Of a stretch of 64,000 nucleotides of DNA, positions 9,786 to 19,563 are shown one piece after another. Both the position numbers and the translations under genes were made by a program. The notes under the pieces were generated by a model that saw only the letters and a list, made by a program, of their open reading frames with translations, was not told the origin of the DNA and searched no databases. Origin of the DNA: an uncultured candidatus Porisulfidus sp. (GTDB lineage Bacteria > Pseudomonadota > Gammaproteobacteria > Poriferisulfidales > Poriferisulfidaceae); the NCBI GenBank assembly GCA_963668445.1, contig OY764335.1:1022083-1086082 (forward strand), given 5' to 3'. Numbering within the stretch: the first letter of the stretch is position 1; each line of letters begins with the position of its first letter.

Positions 9786-9791
9786 TATAAT
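9786..9791 (+). promoter_or_regulatory. -10 element of the ssrA promoter
   Basis: Perfect TATAAT 13 nt upstream of the mature tmRNA 5' end; no clear -35. Confidence 0.55.
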
Positions 9792-9804
9792 AGGGAAGCT
9801 TTTG

Positions 9805-10160
9805 GGGGGTGACTTGGCTTCGACGGCGGTTGCTGAATCCTAGGCGCATGCCGAGGCGGTAACGACCTCGTAAAAAATGGTTGCGAAAAATTAGTTGCCA
9901 ACGACGACAACTACGCACTGGCTGCCTAAACTCAGCTAGTCATCCTTTCGGAAGATGCTTGTGGATTCTGATGGGATGTCGCTTACACAAGCTCGCTGTT
10001 CAGTCGGTCTGGAGCTGAAGGGTTAAATTAAAAATGCAGACTGGCGCTCATCGGGCCCTGTCCGTCGGGTGGTGAACGCAAGATTAAAGACGGTGCTAAG
10101 CATGTAGGGCCGAAGAGGAAGAACTGCTGGACGCGGGTTCGATTCCCGCCACCTCCACCA
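9805..10160 (+). ncRNA. ssrA: tmRNA (one-piece), tag peptide ANDDNYALAA
   Basis: 5' GGGGGTGACTTGGCTTCGACGG; 3' GCGGGTTCGATTCCCGCCACCTCCACCA; acceptor stem with G-U at pair 3; tag ORF GCC AAC GAC GAC AAC TAC GCA CTG GCT GCC TAA at 9897-9929. Confidence 0.97.
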
Positions 10161-10202
10161 CTGCGTCACATAGGCTGCCGCAACGCACCTTGGTCAAGAG
10201 CC

Positions 10203-10526
10203 ATGACTTTCGTCGTCATTGAGGACTGCATCAAGTGCAAGTACACCGACTGCGTGGAAGTCTGCCCGGTCGAATGCTTCCACGAAGGCCCGAATTTCCT
10301 AGTCATCGACCCTGAGGAATGCATCGACTGCGCCCTGTGCGTTCCGGAATGCCCAATTGATGCCATCGTGCCAGAGAAGGATCTTCCCGAAGGCCAGCGG
10401 GACTTCCTAAAGATCAACGCCGCCCTCGCCAAGGAATGGCCGCTGATTGCGCTGCAGAAGCCGCCACCGCCCGATGCGGACGACTGGCGCGGAAAGCCCG
10501 GCAAGAAAGCTCTGCTTGAAACTTGA
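10203..10526 (+). CDS. fdxA: 7Fe ferredoxin ([3Fe-4S][4Fe-4S], Azotobacter FdI type)
   Basis: [17 protein letters not shown] and [12 protein letters not shown] motifs; 107 aa. Confidence 0.93.
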   Translation: MTFVVIEDCIKCKYTDCVEVCPVECFHEGPNFLVIDPEECIDCALCVPECPIDAIVPEKDLPEGQRDFLKINAALAKEWPLIALQKPPPPDADDWRGKPGKKALLET

Positions 10527-13334
10527 ATGGAACTGGTCGCCTGCCCTTTGCACGAACCGCTGGGCGCCTATTGCGCCCGGATCATTCTAGAACGCCACCG
10601 ACAGGACCTGCCGGACCTGACTGCGCCGGTTGTTCTGGTGCCCGATGCGACAGCCATCCGGGCCTTGCGTTCCGAACTGCTCCGCCAAGCCCAGCACCAC
10701 GGCTTCGACGGGCTGCTGCAGCCCGAGATTCTGACGCTTCATGCATGGGCCTGCCAGCACTATTCCGGCGAGCATGCGGAAAGCCATCTATCCGAACTTC
10801 TGGACCTTGGCCTGGCCTTGCGCGATACTTCCGTGCAACCCCTGAAAAGCCAAGGCAACCCTTGGTCGGTTGCAAGCGAGCTGATGCAATTGTTCGATGA
10901 ATTGGAACTCAGCGGCAATCCGGTCTGCCAGCAGGAGCAAGAACTGGCACAGCAACTGCAGCAAGCTTACGGCATCTCCGGAAAGCCGCCGAAGCAGCTG
11001 GACATGGAGGCCCGCATCGTGCATGCTTTATGGCAGGCTTGGAACCGTACGTCGGGCGTCTCCCTCAGTTCAGGGAGATACTACCGGATGGCTCTGGCCG
11101 AACTGCCGGCGCGCACTGAGGCACAAGCCGTCTATGCTTGCGGCTACGAACAGCTGAAGCCCGCCGAAGTCCGATCGCTTGAGCAGATAAGCGCCTCCGT
11201 GCCGGTCATCGTCGTAACCCGACCCAAACATTTCATCCCTCTGCCAACTGCCTTGCCCAAGGACATCGCCCCGCTTCCGCCATACACTGAAGTTCTGCAA
11301 TGCGCTTTCGATCCATCGGGCGGCAACCTGCCGGACCGCGCCCGTGCCTGTCGCAGCAAATATCCTGAAAATCCTTTCCGAGACAGGCTGCGCACCTTTG
11401 CCGCCGATCAATCTGAATTGCATGCTCGCGCCGTAGAAACCCAAATACGTCTCTGGCTTTTGGAAGGCTGCCGAAATGTCGGGCTGGTCACTGAAGACCG
11501 AAAACTGGCCCGGCGAGTGCGTGCGCTTTTGGAACGTGCTGGCGTATTTCCCACCGATGACGCAGGCTGGGCTTTATCGACCACCAGCGCCGCCAGCGCT
11601 ATCGTGCATTGGCTTGAATGCCTGGAACAGGATTTCTACTATCAGACCTTTCTGGATGTCTTGAAGTCCCCGTTCGTGTGCCCGTTGCAAGATCCTGATG
11701 ACTATCAGGAAAGAATTAACGCGTTGGAAAGGCTCCTGTACCAAACGAATGCGCACAGCGGCTTGAGCCATTACCGGAAGGTCGCAGCCGAGCATCCTGA
11801 GATTCTGGAACTTCTGGATGCGGTCGAACGGGCCGCCCGGCCCTTGCTGAAACTCAAGGACTCCATAGCCGCAGACAAGTATCTGGAGGCTCTGCTGCAC
11901 AGCCTGAAGCAATTGGGCTGCATCACTCGATTGGCGAACGATGAAGTCGGCGACGAGATTCTGGACTTGCTCTCGGAGATGCGTGTCCAGCTCAGCAGCA
12001 ACACCACGCCTCTTGCCAAGCGCCAATGGCCACCGTTAATTCGCCAACTTCTGGAGCGACGGAATTTTAAACCCAAATCCGCGCAGCCTGCCGTCACACT
12101 CGTCAATCTGCGGCAGGCGCATCTGGCGTGTTTCGAACGCCTGATCGTGGCCGGCATGGATGCCCGACATTACCCCGCCCAAAATTCGGCATCAGCGGTC
12201 TTCAACGATGCCGTGCGCGCCGATCTCAACCTGTCCACCGATGCGGCAAGACGGGTGCTGGATCTGCAACGCTTCCTAGCCTTGGTTTTGGCCGCCGATC
12301 AGGTGCTGCTGACCTACCAGAAAAACGAGCAGGACGAACCGCTGCTGCCCAGTGCCTGGTGGGAGCAGATCGTGACATTCCATCAGCTCGCATACCCAGA
12401 AAACGGGCTTGAAGATGCCTCTTTGAGAGCATTGCTGAATCCGCAGGCGAATGCCTGCGTGCGCCTCGCCGGCCGGCCCGTACGCCCCAATGCCCGGGCA
12501 GCCATGCCCCATCCGCCGGCACGCCCGGAACTTCTGCCGGCCAAAATTTCGGCGGGAGGCCATCAGGATCTGATCGACTGCCCCTACCGCTTTTATGTGC
12601 GAAGGATGCTCGGCCTGCACGCCATCAATCCCATTAATGAGGAAATGGGCAATGTGGATTTCGGACAGTTCGTACACGAATGCCTGGAAGCCTTCCATGC
12701 CGATGTCCCAAGCCTGCCCGGACCGTGGGAGGGCCGATTGGCCCGGAATGAGCGCGGCGCCTTGGATCTGCTGGACGAAATTGGAGAAGCACTTATGGCG
12801 CGCTTGGGCGACGGATTTGCGAATCGGGTCTTCAGCGAACGCTGGAGCCGCGTAGCCCGGCGTTATGTCAAAATGCAAAAGGTTCTGGAATCGGACCGGG
12901 AAATCATCCAAACGGAATGCACTAGCGAGGTCGGCATGGATGCCGAACTGACGCTACATGGCCGTATCGACCGCATCGACCGCACGCACAGCGGTCAGCA
13001 TGTCGTCATCGACTATAAAACCGGCACCCAGTCCATTTCGGAGAAGGACATCCAAAGCGGCGAACAGGTCCAGCTGACCAGTTATGCTCTGCTGCTGGAA
13101 GCTATGGCACAAATCGAATACTGGTGGCTGAATCAAAGCCATAGGGAACGGACCTGTCTGAGTGGCGAGGAACTCATCCAAGTGCGCGACAAAGTGCGCC
13201 AGCGGCTCATTCTCACGTTTAGGCGCTTGCGCCAGCAAGCCGAATTGCCGGCCCACGGCGACGAAAAAACCTGTGCATACTGCGATGCGCAGGGCATCTG
13301 CCGCAAAGAGGCTTGGGCGGAAGCCCGGGCGTAG
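10527..13334 (+). CDS. addB: AddB-like PD-(D/E)XK nuclease subunit with Fe-S staple
   Basis: N-terminal degenerate helicase-like region (LARRVRALLERAG, DDAGWALSTT); C-terminal DCPYRFY, HGRIDRID, VIDYKTG, CAYCDAQGIC. Confidence 0.7.
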   Translation: MELVACPLHEPLGAYCARIILERHRQDLPDLTAPVVLVPDATAIRALRSELLRQAQHHGFDGLLQPEILTLHAWACQHYSGEHAESHLSELLDLGLALRDTSVQPLKSQGNPWSVASELMQLFDELELSGNPVCQQEQELAQQLQQAYGISGKPPKQLDMEARIVHALWQAWNRTSGVSLSSGRYYRMALAELPARTEAQAVYACGYEQLKPAEVRSLEQISASVPVIVVTRPKHFIPLPTALPKDIAPLPPYTEVLQCAFDPSGGNLPDRARACRSKYPENPFRDRLRTFAADQSELHARAVETQIRLWLLEGCRNVGLVTEDRKLARRVRALLERAGVFPTDDAGWALSTTSAASAIVHWLECLEQDFYYQTFLDVLKSPFVCPLQDPDDYQERINALERLLYQTNAHSGLSHYRKVAAEHPEILELLDAVERAARPLLKLKDSIAADKYLEALLHSLKQLGCITRLANDEVGDEILDLLSEMRVQLSSNTTPLAKRQWPPLIRQLLERRNFKPKSAQPAVTLVNLRQAHLACFERLIVAGMDARHYPAQNSASAVFNDAVRADLNLSTDAARRVLDLQRFLALVLAADQVLLTYQKNEQDEPLLPSAWWEQIVTFHQLAYPENGLEDASLRALLNPQANACVRLAGRPVRPNARAAMPHPPARPELLPAKISAGGHQDLIDCPYRFYVRRMLGLHAINPINEEMGNVDFGQFVHECLEAFHADVPSLPGPWEGRLARNERGALDLLDEIGEALMARLGDGFANRVFSERWSRVARRYVKMQKVLESDREIIQTECTSEVGMDAELTLHGRIDRIDRTHSGQHVVIDYKTGTQSISEKDIQSGEQVQLTSYALLLEAMAQIEYWWLNQSHRERTCLSGEELIQVRDKVRQRLILTFRRLRQQAELPAHGDEKTCAYCDAQGICRKEAWAEARA

Positions 13335-13351
13335 GCGCAACCCCTGCCGCG

Positions 13352-14137
13352 CTATTCTGAAGATTCAGGCCGGGCTTGCAAGCCCACCATCACGTCGCAC
13401 AGGAACAGCAAATCCTGGAACGATTGGGCCTTGTTCTTAGGGCTGCGCAGAAGGTACGCCGGATGGTACGTGGGAACAACCGGGATATCCGATCCGAGCA
13501 GCTTATGCGTACTTCCGCGCAATTTCCCGATGGGCGTCTCGACACCGAGCAGGTTGTGCGCCGCGACGGCGCCTAGCGCAAGGATGACCTGCGGCTGAAT
13601 CAGTTCGATCTGGCGGTCCAGATAGCCGCGGCATTCGCCGGCCTGTTCGGGCGTAGGGTTCGTATTGCCCGGCGGGCGGCATTTCAGAATGTTGGCGATG
13701 AAGACCTGCTCGCGATCCAGTCCGATGGCTTGCAGCATGCTGTCGAGCAGTTTCCCAGCCCGGCCTACGAAAGGCTCTCCCTGTGCGTCCTCGTCCGCTC
13801 CCGGAGCTTCTCCGACCAGCATCAGCCGGGCACTTTCGCTCCCCACTCCAAACACCGTATTCTTCCGCTCCCGGTGCAATTCGCAGCGGGTACAGCCTTC
13901 CACCTCTTTGCGCAGCTTGCGCCATTTGTGCATGTGCACAGCCTGCGGATCTAATGTCAGCGTGCTCTCCGACCGCCCGTTCCCCGCATCCTGCAACGCC
14001 TCTTGAGAAACCGGTTCCTCCGTGGCCTGCATTCGATTTTGCTCCGTTTGCTCGTCGTCGCCATCGCGCCGCTTCCAGCGTCTCAGACCCAACTCGCCGA
14101 GATGCGCATCGGAAGGCGGCGATTTGGCGCCCGTCAT
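13352..14137 (-). CDS. Family-4 (Fe-S) uracil-DNA glycosylase
   Basis: [50 protein letters not shown]. Confidence 0.9.
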   Translation of the reverse strand: MTGAKSPPSDAHLGELGLRRWKRRDGDDEQTEQNRMQATEEPVSQEALQDAGNGRSESTLTLDPQAVHMHKWRKLRKEVEGCTRCELHRERKNTVFGVGSESARLMLVGEAPGADEDAQGEPFVGRAGKLLDSMLQAIGLDREQVFIANILKCRPPGNTNPTPEQAGECRGYLDRQIELIQPQVILALGAVAAHNLLGVETPIGKLRGSTHKLLGSDIPVVPTYHPAYLLRSPKNKAQSFQDLLFLCDVMVGLQARPESSE

Positions 14138-14146
14138 GCCGTTCTT

Positions 14147-15685
14147 CTAAATGTGGTCCAGTTGCGGATGCGTCCGCGCCGGTTGGCGCGCCAATTTGCC
14201 CACGGCATTCAGGTAGGCTTGCACCGAAGCGATGACAATATCGGTGTGGGCGCCATGCCCGTTAACAATGGCGCCATCTTTTTCCAGGCGCACCGTCACT
14301 TCGCCCTGCGCATCGGTGCCGGTCGTGATGTTGTTCACCGAATACAGCTGCAGTTCCGACTCGGAGCACACGATGCCTTCGATGGCTTTGAACGAAGCAT
14401 CGACCGGCCCGCCTCCCGAGGCTTCTCCGCGGTACTGCTCTCCGCCCCGTTCCAAGGTCACGTGTGCGACCGGCGTCGCGCCTACTTTGGAAGTGACTTC
14501 CAAGTCCGCCAGGCTATAGACTTCCTGGTCGGCCGTTTCCGCCCCCTGCAACGCCAAGCTACGCAGATCTTCATCATAGATCTCGTGCTTGCGATCCGCC
14601 AGTTCCTTGAAGTCGTCGAAGAACTGGTCCCACTCTTCTTCCGCGATGCGAATACCGAGCTTCTGGATGCGATCCATGATGGCACGACGGCCAGAGTGCT
14701 TGCCCAGAACGATCCGGTTGTCGGACCAGCCCACATCCTGTGCCCGCATGATTTCGTAGGTTTCCCGATACTTCAGCACGCCGTCCTGATGGATGCCGGA
14801 TTCGTGCGCGAAGGCATTCGCACCGACGATGGCCTTATTCGGCTGGACCGGAAAGCCGGTCACGCTTGCCACCAGCCGCGAAGTCGGCACGATTTGCGTA
14901 GCATCCACCGTCGTATCGCAATCGAACGTATCCTGCCGCGTCCGCACGGCCATGACGATTTCCTCGAGCGAAGCATTGCCGGCCCGCTCGCCCAAGCCAT
15001 TAATCGTGCATTCCACCTGCCGTGCGCCATGCGCTACTGCCTCCAGCGAGTTGGCGACCGCCAGCCCCAAATCGTTGTGGCAATGCACGGAGAAGACCGC
15101 TTGATCGGAATTCGGGATGCGCTCGATCAACTGTCCGATCCGCTCGCCGAACTGGGCTGGCAGGCTGTAGCCCACTGTATCCGGCACATTGATGGTGCCG
15201 GCGCCGGCCGCAATGACCGCTTCGATGATCCGGCACAAGAAATCCATGTCCGAGCGCCCGGCATCTTCTGGAGAAAATTCGACATCATCGGTATGGCGCC
15301 GTGCCCGCTTCACGGCGGCGACCGCATGCTCCAGCACTTGATCGGGCTGCATGCGCAGCTTCTGCTCCATATGAATCGGAGACGTCGCAATGAAGGTATG
15401 GATGCGGGCGCGCGCTGCAGGCTTGAGCGCTTCGGCCGCCCGATCGATGTCCTTGTCCAGAGCGCGAGCCAAACCGCAAATCGCGCTGTCTTGGATCGCC
15501 TTGCCGATCTCCCGAACCGCCTCGAACTCGTCCGGGCTTGCAATCGGGAAGCCCGCCTCGATCACGTCGATGCGCATCCTCTCCAGCGCACGAGCAACAT
15601 TCAGTTTTTCTTCCCGCGTCATCGATGCGCCGGGGCTCTGCTCGCCATCCCGAAGCGTCGTATCAAAAATTATCAGCTTGTCCAT
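14147..15685 (-). CDS. leuA: 2-isopropylmalate synthase
   Basis: [46 protein letters not shown]-terminal regulatory domain. Confidence 0.97.
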   Translation of the reverse strand: MDKLIIFDTTLRDGEQSPGASMTREEKLNVARALERMRIDVIEAGFPIASPDEFEAVREIGKAIQDSAICGLARALDKDIDRAAEALKPAARARIHTFIATSPIHMEQKLRMQPDQVLEHAVAAVKRARRHTDDVEFSPEDAGRSDMDFLCRIIEAVIAAGAGTINVPDTVGYSLPAQFGERIGQLIERIPNSDQAVFSVHCHNDLGLAVANSLEAVAHGARQVECTINGLGERAGNASLEEIVMAVRTRQDTFDCDTTVDATQIVPTSRLVASVTGFPVQPNKAIVGANAFAHESGIHQDGVLKYRETYEIMRAQDVGWSDNRIVLGKHSGRRAIMDRIQKLGIRIAEEEWDQFFDDFKELADRKHEIYDEDLRSLALQGAETADQEVYSLADLEVTSKVGATPVAHVTLERGGEQYRGEASGGGPVDASFKAIEGIVCSESELQLYSVNNITTGTDAQGEVTVRLEKDGAIVNGHGAHTDIVIASVQAYLNAVGKLARQPARTHPQLDHI

Positions 15686-15789
15686 TGGTGGTTTCCCATC
15701 AAGCCACGGCCGCAGGAACGGAACATGGCGTCAATTCGTCGTGTTGGGCGCTTGGGTGCGCCAACCCATGGTGTCTTGAATGATGTCTT

Positions 15790-15894
15790 CTATGCCGCCC
15801 GCCGCGGCAGGAGACCTCCGGCCAAGGTAAGGTTCAGCACGACGGAGCCAACAGCCGCCGTCAAGGGATCAAAGAAAATACGCTGCCGCATCAT
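15790..15894 (-). CDS. Candidate 34-aa leader peptide of leuA (MMRQRIFFDPLTAAVGSVVLNLTLAGGLLPRRAA)
   Basis: Short ORF between a sigma70-like promoter and leuA; 6 Leu, 3 Val, 1 Ile; not in the ORF track because of its size. Confidence 0.35.
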   Translation of the reverse strand: MMRQRIFFDPLTAAVGSVVLNLTLAGGLLPRRAA

Positions 15895-15930
15895 GGCGTT
15901 TCTCGTGCCGCCAACGGGCGACCGATGCAT

Positions 15931-15959
15931 AGGATACCGCATTTCTCCGTTTTTGCCTA
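15931..15959 (-). promoter_or_regulatory. Candidate sigma70 promoter for the leader-leuA transcript
   Basis: TAGGCA-N17-TATCCT on the minus strand (4/6 and 4/6 to consensus, canonical spacing). Confidence 0.4.
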
Positions 15960-16067
15960 GTCAGGAGCGCCGGAAGCCTTCTCGGCCCGGATTTCCTCCT
16001 CTTGTGCCATGATGCGCGAACGAATAGCCAGACGGATGCACATCTGGCAATGTATGCCGCTGGCGCG

Positions 16068-17021
16068 TCACTGAATGAACACCCTCTCGACCTCATAGCC
16101 GCCGAACAGCGGCTGGCCGAGCAGCGCGAGGACGCCATTCTTGCCGTACAGATGCAAGGCGCCGATCGCGATGAAAGCATTGCCCTCTCGAAGAAACGCC
16201 TGATTCATGTAGTGCGCCATAACCGTGCTCCGAACATCGATCGCGTGCTTCAGATATGCCCGGCGGTGTACCCGCTTCGCCGGATCCTTGCCGATGAAAT
16301 CCGTCGACAGATTCATCATCCCTTGCAAATCTTCCCGCTCATATGCCTGCACGATGTCTTCCATCGTGTGGTGCAGTTCCGGGTAGGAGCGCAACTTGTC
16401 CTTCAACAGAGATACTTGGGAGTCCATGGGCATGGCATAGAACGCCGCCAGAAGTTCTTCCGGACTTTCGATCTGGTACAGTTCCTTGCCCTGCAGCACC
16501 GCCAGATCCAGCAGCTTCTGATCCACGATCGGGCCAGTATGCTCCGACTTGATCGCCAAACTGTGGATGGCGGCCCAGGGCTTGACGCGGCGGGCAAAAT
16601 CCTCATCCGTCTGGTTGCGCATGAGAATAGCGAACACCTCGTCCGCAACTTCCTCTCCGGCTACATCCGCCAGCATCTTCCCGTCTTCCAGCATCATCCG
16701 CCCGCGGATGCTCTGATAGCCGTGGTACGGGTTCCACAGTTCGCTTCCGGGGAAGGCTTCGATCGCATATCCGGCGGATTGCGAAAAAACCTGCATCACG
16801 GTTTCGGGAATGCGCGTGACCCGTTCGTCGTTGCTATGGACCGTGCCCAAGACATGCCCGACGATCTGCCCGTTCTTGCTCACCTGCCAGAAAATGCCTT
16901 CCGAAAACGGCATCGGTTTGAACGCCGCATGGACGAATCCGGCCAGCAGGATGGCCAGCACACCGATAACGGCATACGGGGTGAAGCGGTCCGGCACGGA
17001 AATATAGCGAGCGAATGCCAT
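16068..17021 (-). CDS. TraB/GumN (TIKI-like) family protein with N-terminal membrane anchor
   Basis: VLGTVHS, YAIEA, YQIESPEE, AFIAIGALHLYG; start at MAFARY (17021). Confidence 0.8.
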   Translation of the reverse strand: MAFARYISVPDRFTPYAVIGVLAILLAGFVHAAFKPMPFSEGIFWQVSKNGQIVGHVLGTVHSNDERVTRIPETVMQVFSQSAGYAIEAFPGSELWNPYHGYQSIRGRMMLEDGKMLADVAGEEVADEVFAILMRNQTDEDFARRVKPWAAIHSLAIKSEHTGPIVDQKLLDLAVLQGKELYQIESPEELLAAFYAMPMDSQVSLLKDKLRSYPELHHTMEDIVQAYEREDLQGMMNLSTDFIGKDPAKRVHRRAYLKHAIDVRSTVMAHYMNQAFLREGNAFIAIGALHLYGKNGVLALLGQPLFGGYEVERVFIQ

Positions 17022-17087
17022 CCGATCTCGGCTCGACCGAAGGATTCGGGGAGAACCTAGCCGCATGCCTGGGCCGATGCGGCCGTG

Positions 17088-17891
17088 TCAGGCAAAGGAT
17101 GGCCGGCGTCGATGGTAATGCTTCACATCGCGGAAACTCATACCGGTCACCGCGCCGCTGCCCAAGTACAGCTCCTTAATGTCCGACCGCCCCTCCAGTT
17201 CCTCGGCCGTGCCGTGCAGCATCACGCGCCCGTTTTCCACCACGTAGCCTTCAGTGGCGTATTTGAGCGCAATCATGGCATTCTGCTCCGCCACGAGGAA
17301 ACTCACGCCTTCCTTCTGGTTCAGGTTGCGTACGATTTCGAACACTTCCTCGACCAGCTGCGGCGCGATGCCCATGGAAGGCTCGTCGAGCAGAATCAGT
17401 TTCGGGCGCGACATCAGGGCGCGGCCCAGCGCAATCATCTGCTGCTCGCCGCCGGAGGTGAAACCGGCTTGGCTTCTTCGGCGCACCTTGATGCGCGGAA
17501 AATATTCGTAGATCATTTCCAGATCCTGCTTGGCTACTGCCCGGTTCTCATGGATGAAGGAGCCGGTCAGAAGGTTCTCCTCGACCGTCAAATGCGCAAA
17601 GCAGTGCCGCCCTTCGAGCACTTGAACCATGCCGCTCTTCACCAGATCGTAGGCGTTCATGCCGGCGATGTCTTCGCCCATGAATTCGATGGAGCCTTTG
17701 CTGATCTGGCCGCGTTCCGCCGGAAGCAGATTGGAGCATGCCTTGAGCGTGGTGGTTTTGCCAGCGCCGTTCGCGCCCAAAATCGACACGACCGCGCCTT
17801 GCTTGATATGCAGGCTGATGCCGCGCAATGCCAGAATGACGCGGTTGTACGTCACTTCAATGTTGTTGATGGACAGCAGTGTATCGCTCAT
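17088..17891 (-). CDS. LivF-like ABC ATP-binding subunit
   Basis: GANGAGKTT, TSGGEQQM, LLDEPSMG; start at MSDTLL. Confidence 0.9.
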   Translation of the reverse strand: MSDTLLSINNIEVTYNRVILALRGISLHIKQGAVVSILGANGAGKTTTLKACSNLLPAERGQISKGSIEFMGEDIAGMNAYDLVKSGMVQVLEGRHCFAHLTVEENLLTGSFIHENRAVAKQDLEMIYEYFPRIKVRRRSQAGFTSGGEQQMIALGRALMSRPKLILLDEPSMGIAPQLVEEVFEIVRNLNQKEGVSFLVAEQNAMIALKYATEGYVVENGRVMLHGTAEELEGRSDIKELYLGSGAVTGMSFRDVKHYHRRRPSFA

Positions 17892-17999
17892 GAGCTTGTG
17901 ACATTCGGGCCAAGTGGATCGAGTCTGAGGCGAAGCGGGATGCGCTTGGCGTCGGAGACCATCCGTTTCCTTTGAGTTCCTCCTGTGCTGAAAAAGGTT

Positions 18000-18022
18000 C
18001 GGCGGGAGATGAACTCCCGCCG
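18000..18022 (-). terminator. GC stem-loop after the substrate-binding gene (partial terminator or mRNA stabiliser)
   Basis: CGGCGGGAG-ATGAA-CTCCCGCCG 9-bp inverted repeat followed on the minus strand by AACCTTTTT. Confidence 0.5.
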
Positions 18023-18060
18023 TTCCTTTCAACTTCTTCCAGTTGCGCTAGCGACGAAAA

Positions 18061-19407
18061 TCAGAGATCGAAGTCGTCGCGCTGAGCCGGATCGTTGCAG
18101 TCACGCGGGGTGATGCCTTCGTTCTCAACAGCTTTTTCGGCTTTCGCGTCAATGATAGACTGCGAAAGTTCGACGTCGCCATCGATCCAGTCGGTCACGA
18201 CCTTCCACTGCGTGTCGGCATAGACCCACTGAATGAACTTAGCCTGATGGCCGCCCACGTGGTCCATGCAATTGGTCTTGATTTCCGGAACCAGGCCGTT
18301 GGCGCCCAACTCGGTCAGGCGTGCGGTATCCAGATTCAGGTTCTCAAAGCCCCAGCGCACCTGCGCGGAGTTGACGTCAGGACCAAAGCGTTCCTGAGCG
18401 ACGCGCACCGCCTCGAGGTGGATAACGCCTGCCATCACGCCCAGGTTCCAGTAGTTGGAACCGATGCGGGACTTGTCCTGCAGGTCGCCTTTGCCAGCAC
18501 CGTAGACCTTCTCAACGATCTCATCGATCACCGGAGCCACGCGGCCCGTCGGGTGCGTGGTGATGGCATGGTAGCCGTTGGCCGAAGAGCCAGCCGGCTT
18601 CACGTCGCCATCGTCGTTGCTCCAGATGTTGCCGATCAGGTTGCTGATCGGGAAGCCCATGCGCACACCGGTCTGCATGGCCACCGGGTTCATGACGCCC
18701 CAGCCGCGCAGCACCACGTAGTCAGGCTTCGAGCGGCGGATTTTCAGCCACTGTGAAGTCTGCTCGTTGCCCGGATGCGGAACCTCGATAGCCTCCGACT
18801 CGCAGTTGTGCTTTTCGCACAGCATGTGCGTGATGTCGATGGCCTCGCGACCGTAGGTGGAACCGTGGTACAGCAGTACGATCTTCTTGCCGGCCAAGTT
18901 CTCCATGCCGCCTTCCAACTCGCCGATGAAGGCTGTAATGATGGAATGCTCGTCATAGGTGTTGATGCCAGGCATGAAGTAGTACGGGAATACGTCCCCG
19001 CGCTGACCTTCGGTGCGGCCATGGTTCACGGCAATGATCGAAATCTTATCCTTGCGGCCCTGAGCGACCAAGGAAGTAGAGATGCCCACCGACAGCGGAT
19101 CGAAGAACAAGGCTTCCTTGCCTTCGTACTCCTTCATGCGGTGATAGCACTCAACGCCCTGCTGGTCGTTGTATTGGGTTTCGCATTCGTTCCAGATAAT
19201 CTTCCGACCACCAATACCGCCGTGCTCCATGTTTTGCAGGTTGTAGTAATCGATGATGCCACCGAAGTAGCCCGTGCCACCCGTTGCGTACGGCCCAATG
19301 CGATAGACCGGCATCGGGATATAGACTTCCCCTTCGGCCATCACGGGGGCAGTCGCAGACATGGCTACGGCCATCGCTACACCTGTTACCCAAAGTTTTG
19401 TTTTCAT
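18061..19407 (-). CDS. LivK-like periplasmic substrate-binding protein
   Basis: Signal peptide MKTKLWVTGVAMAVAMSATAPVMA; YRIGPYA, ECETQYN, LRGWGVMN typical of the acyl-CoA-synthetase-linked SBP group; strong RBS AGGAGG. Confidence 0.85.
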   Translation of the reverse strand: MKTKLWVTGVAMAVAMSATAPVMAEGEVYIPMPVYRIGPYATGGTGYFGGIIDYYNLQNMEHGGIGGRKIIWNECETQYNDQQGVECYHRMKEYEGKEALFFDPLSVGISTSLVAQGRKDKISIIAVNHGRTEGQRGDVFPYYFMPGINTYDEHSIITAFIGELEGGMENLAGKKIVLLYHGSTYGREAIDITHMLCEKHNCESEAIEVPHPGNEQTSQWLKIRRSKPDYVVLRGWGVMNPVAMQTGVRMGFPISNLIGNIWSNDDGDVKPAGSSANGYHAITTHPTGRVAPVIDEIVEKVYGAGKGDLQDKSRIGSNYWNLGVMAGVIHLEAVRVAQERFGPDVNSAQVRWGFENLNLDTARLTELGANGLVPEIKTNCMDHVGGHQAKFIQWVYADTQWKVVTDWIDGDVELSQSIIDAKAEKAVENEGITPRDCNDPAQRDDFDL

Positions 19408-19443
19408 AATTTTAATGCCCTCCTATAAGAGGCTTTTTGATTT

Positions 19444-19476
19444 AGACTTGCAGTTAACTGCTTTATCAGCAAGTCT
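19444..19476. promoter_or_regulatory. Nested inverted repeats upstream of the SBP gene
   Basis: AGACTTGC...GCAAGTCT (8-bp arms) overlapping the perfect palindrome GCAGTTAACTGC (19450-19461) in an AT-rich spacer. Confidence 0.4.
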
Positions 19477-19563
19477 CTTTTTACACCCAAAATCGCCTTT
19501 TTGCAAGACGCACCCTAGACGACTTTGAGAGTATTCTTTATAAATCATTGGTTTTCAATGTAA

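Noticed and set aside
10161-10202. Integrated element at the tmRNA 3' end
   Set aside because: fdxA starts 42 nt later; no integrase and no duplicated 3' end seen in the window.
13352-14137. UdgX-type suicide glycosylase
   Set aside because: No KRRIH loop; ordinary family-4 KCRPP motif.
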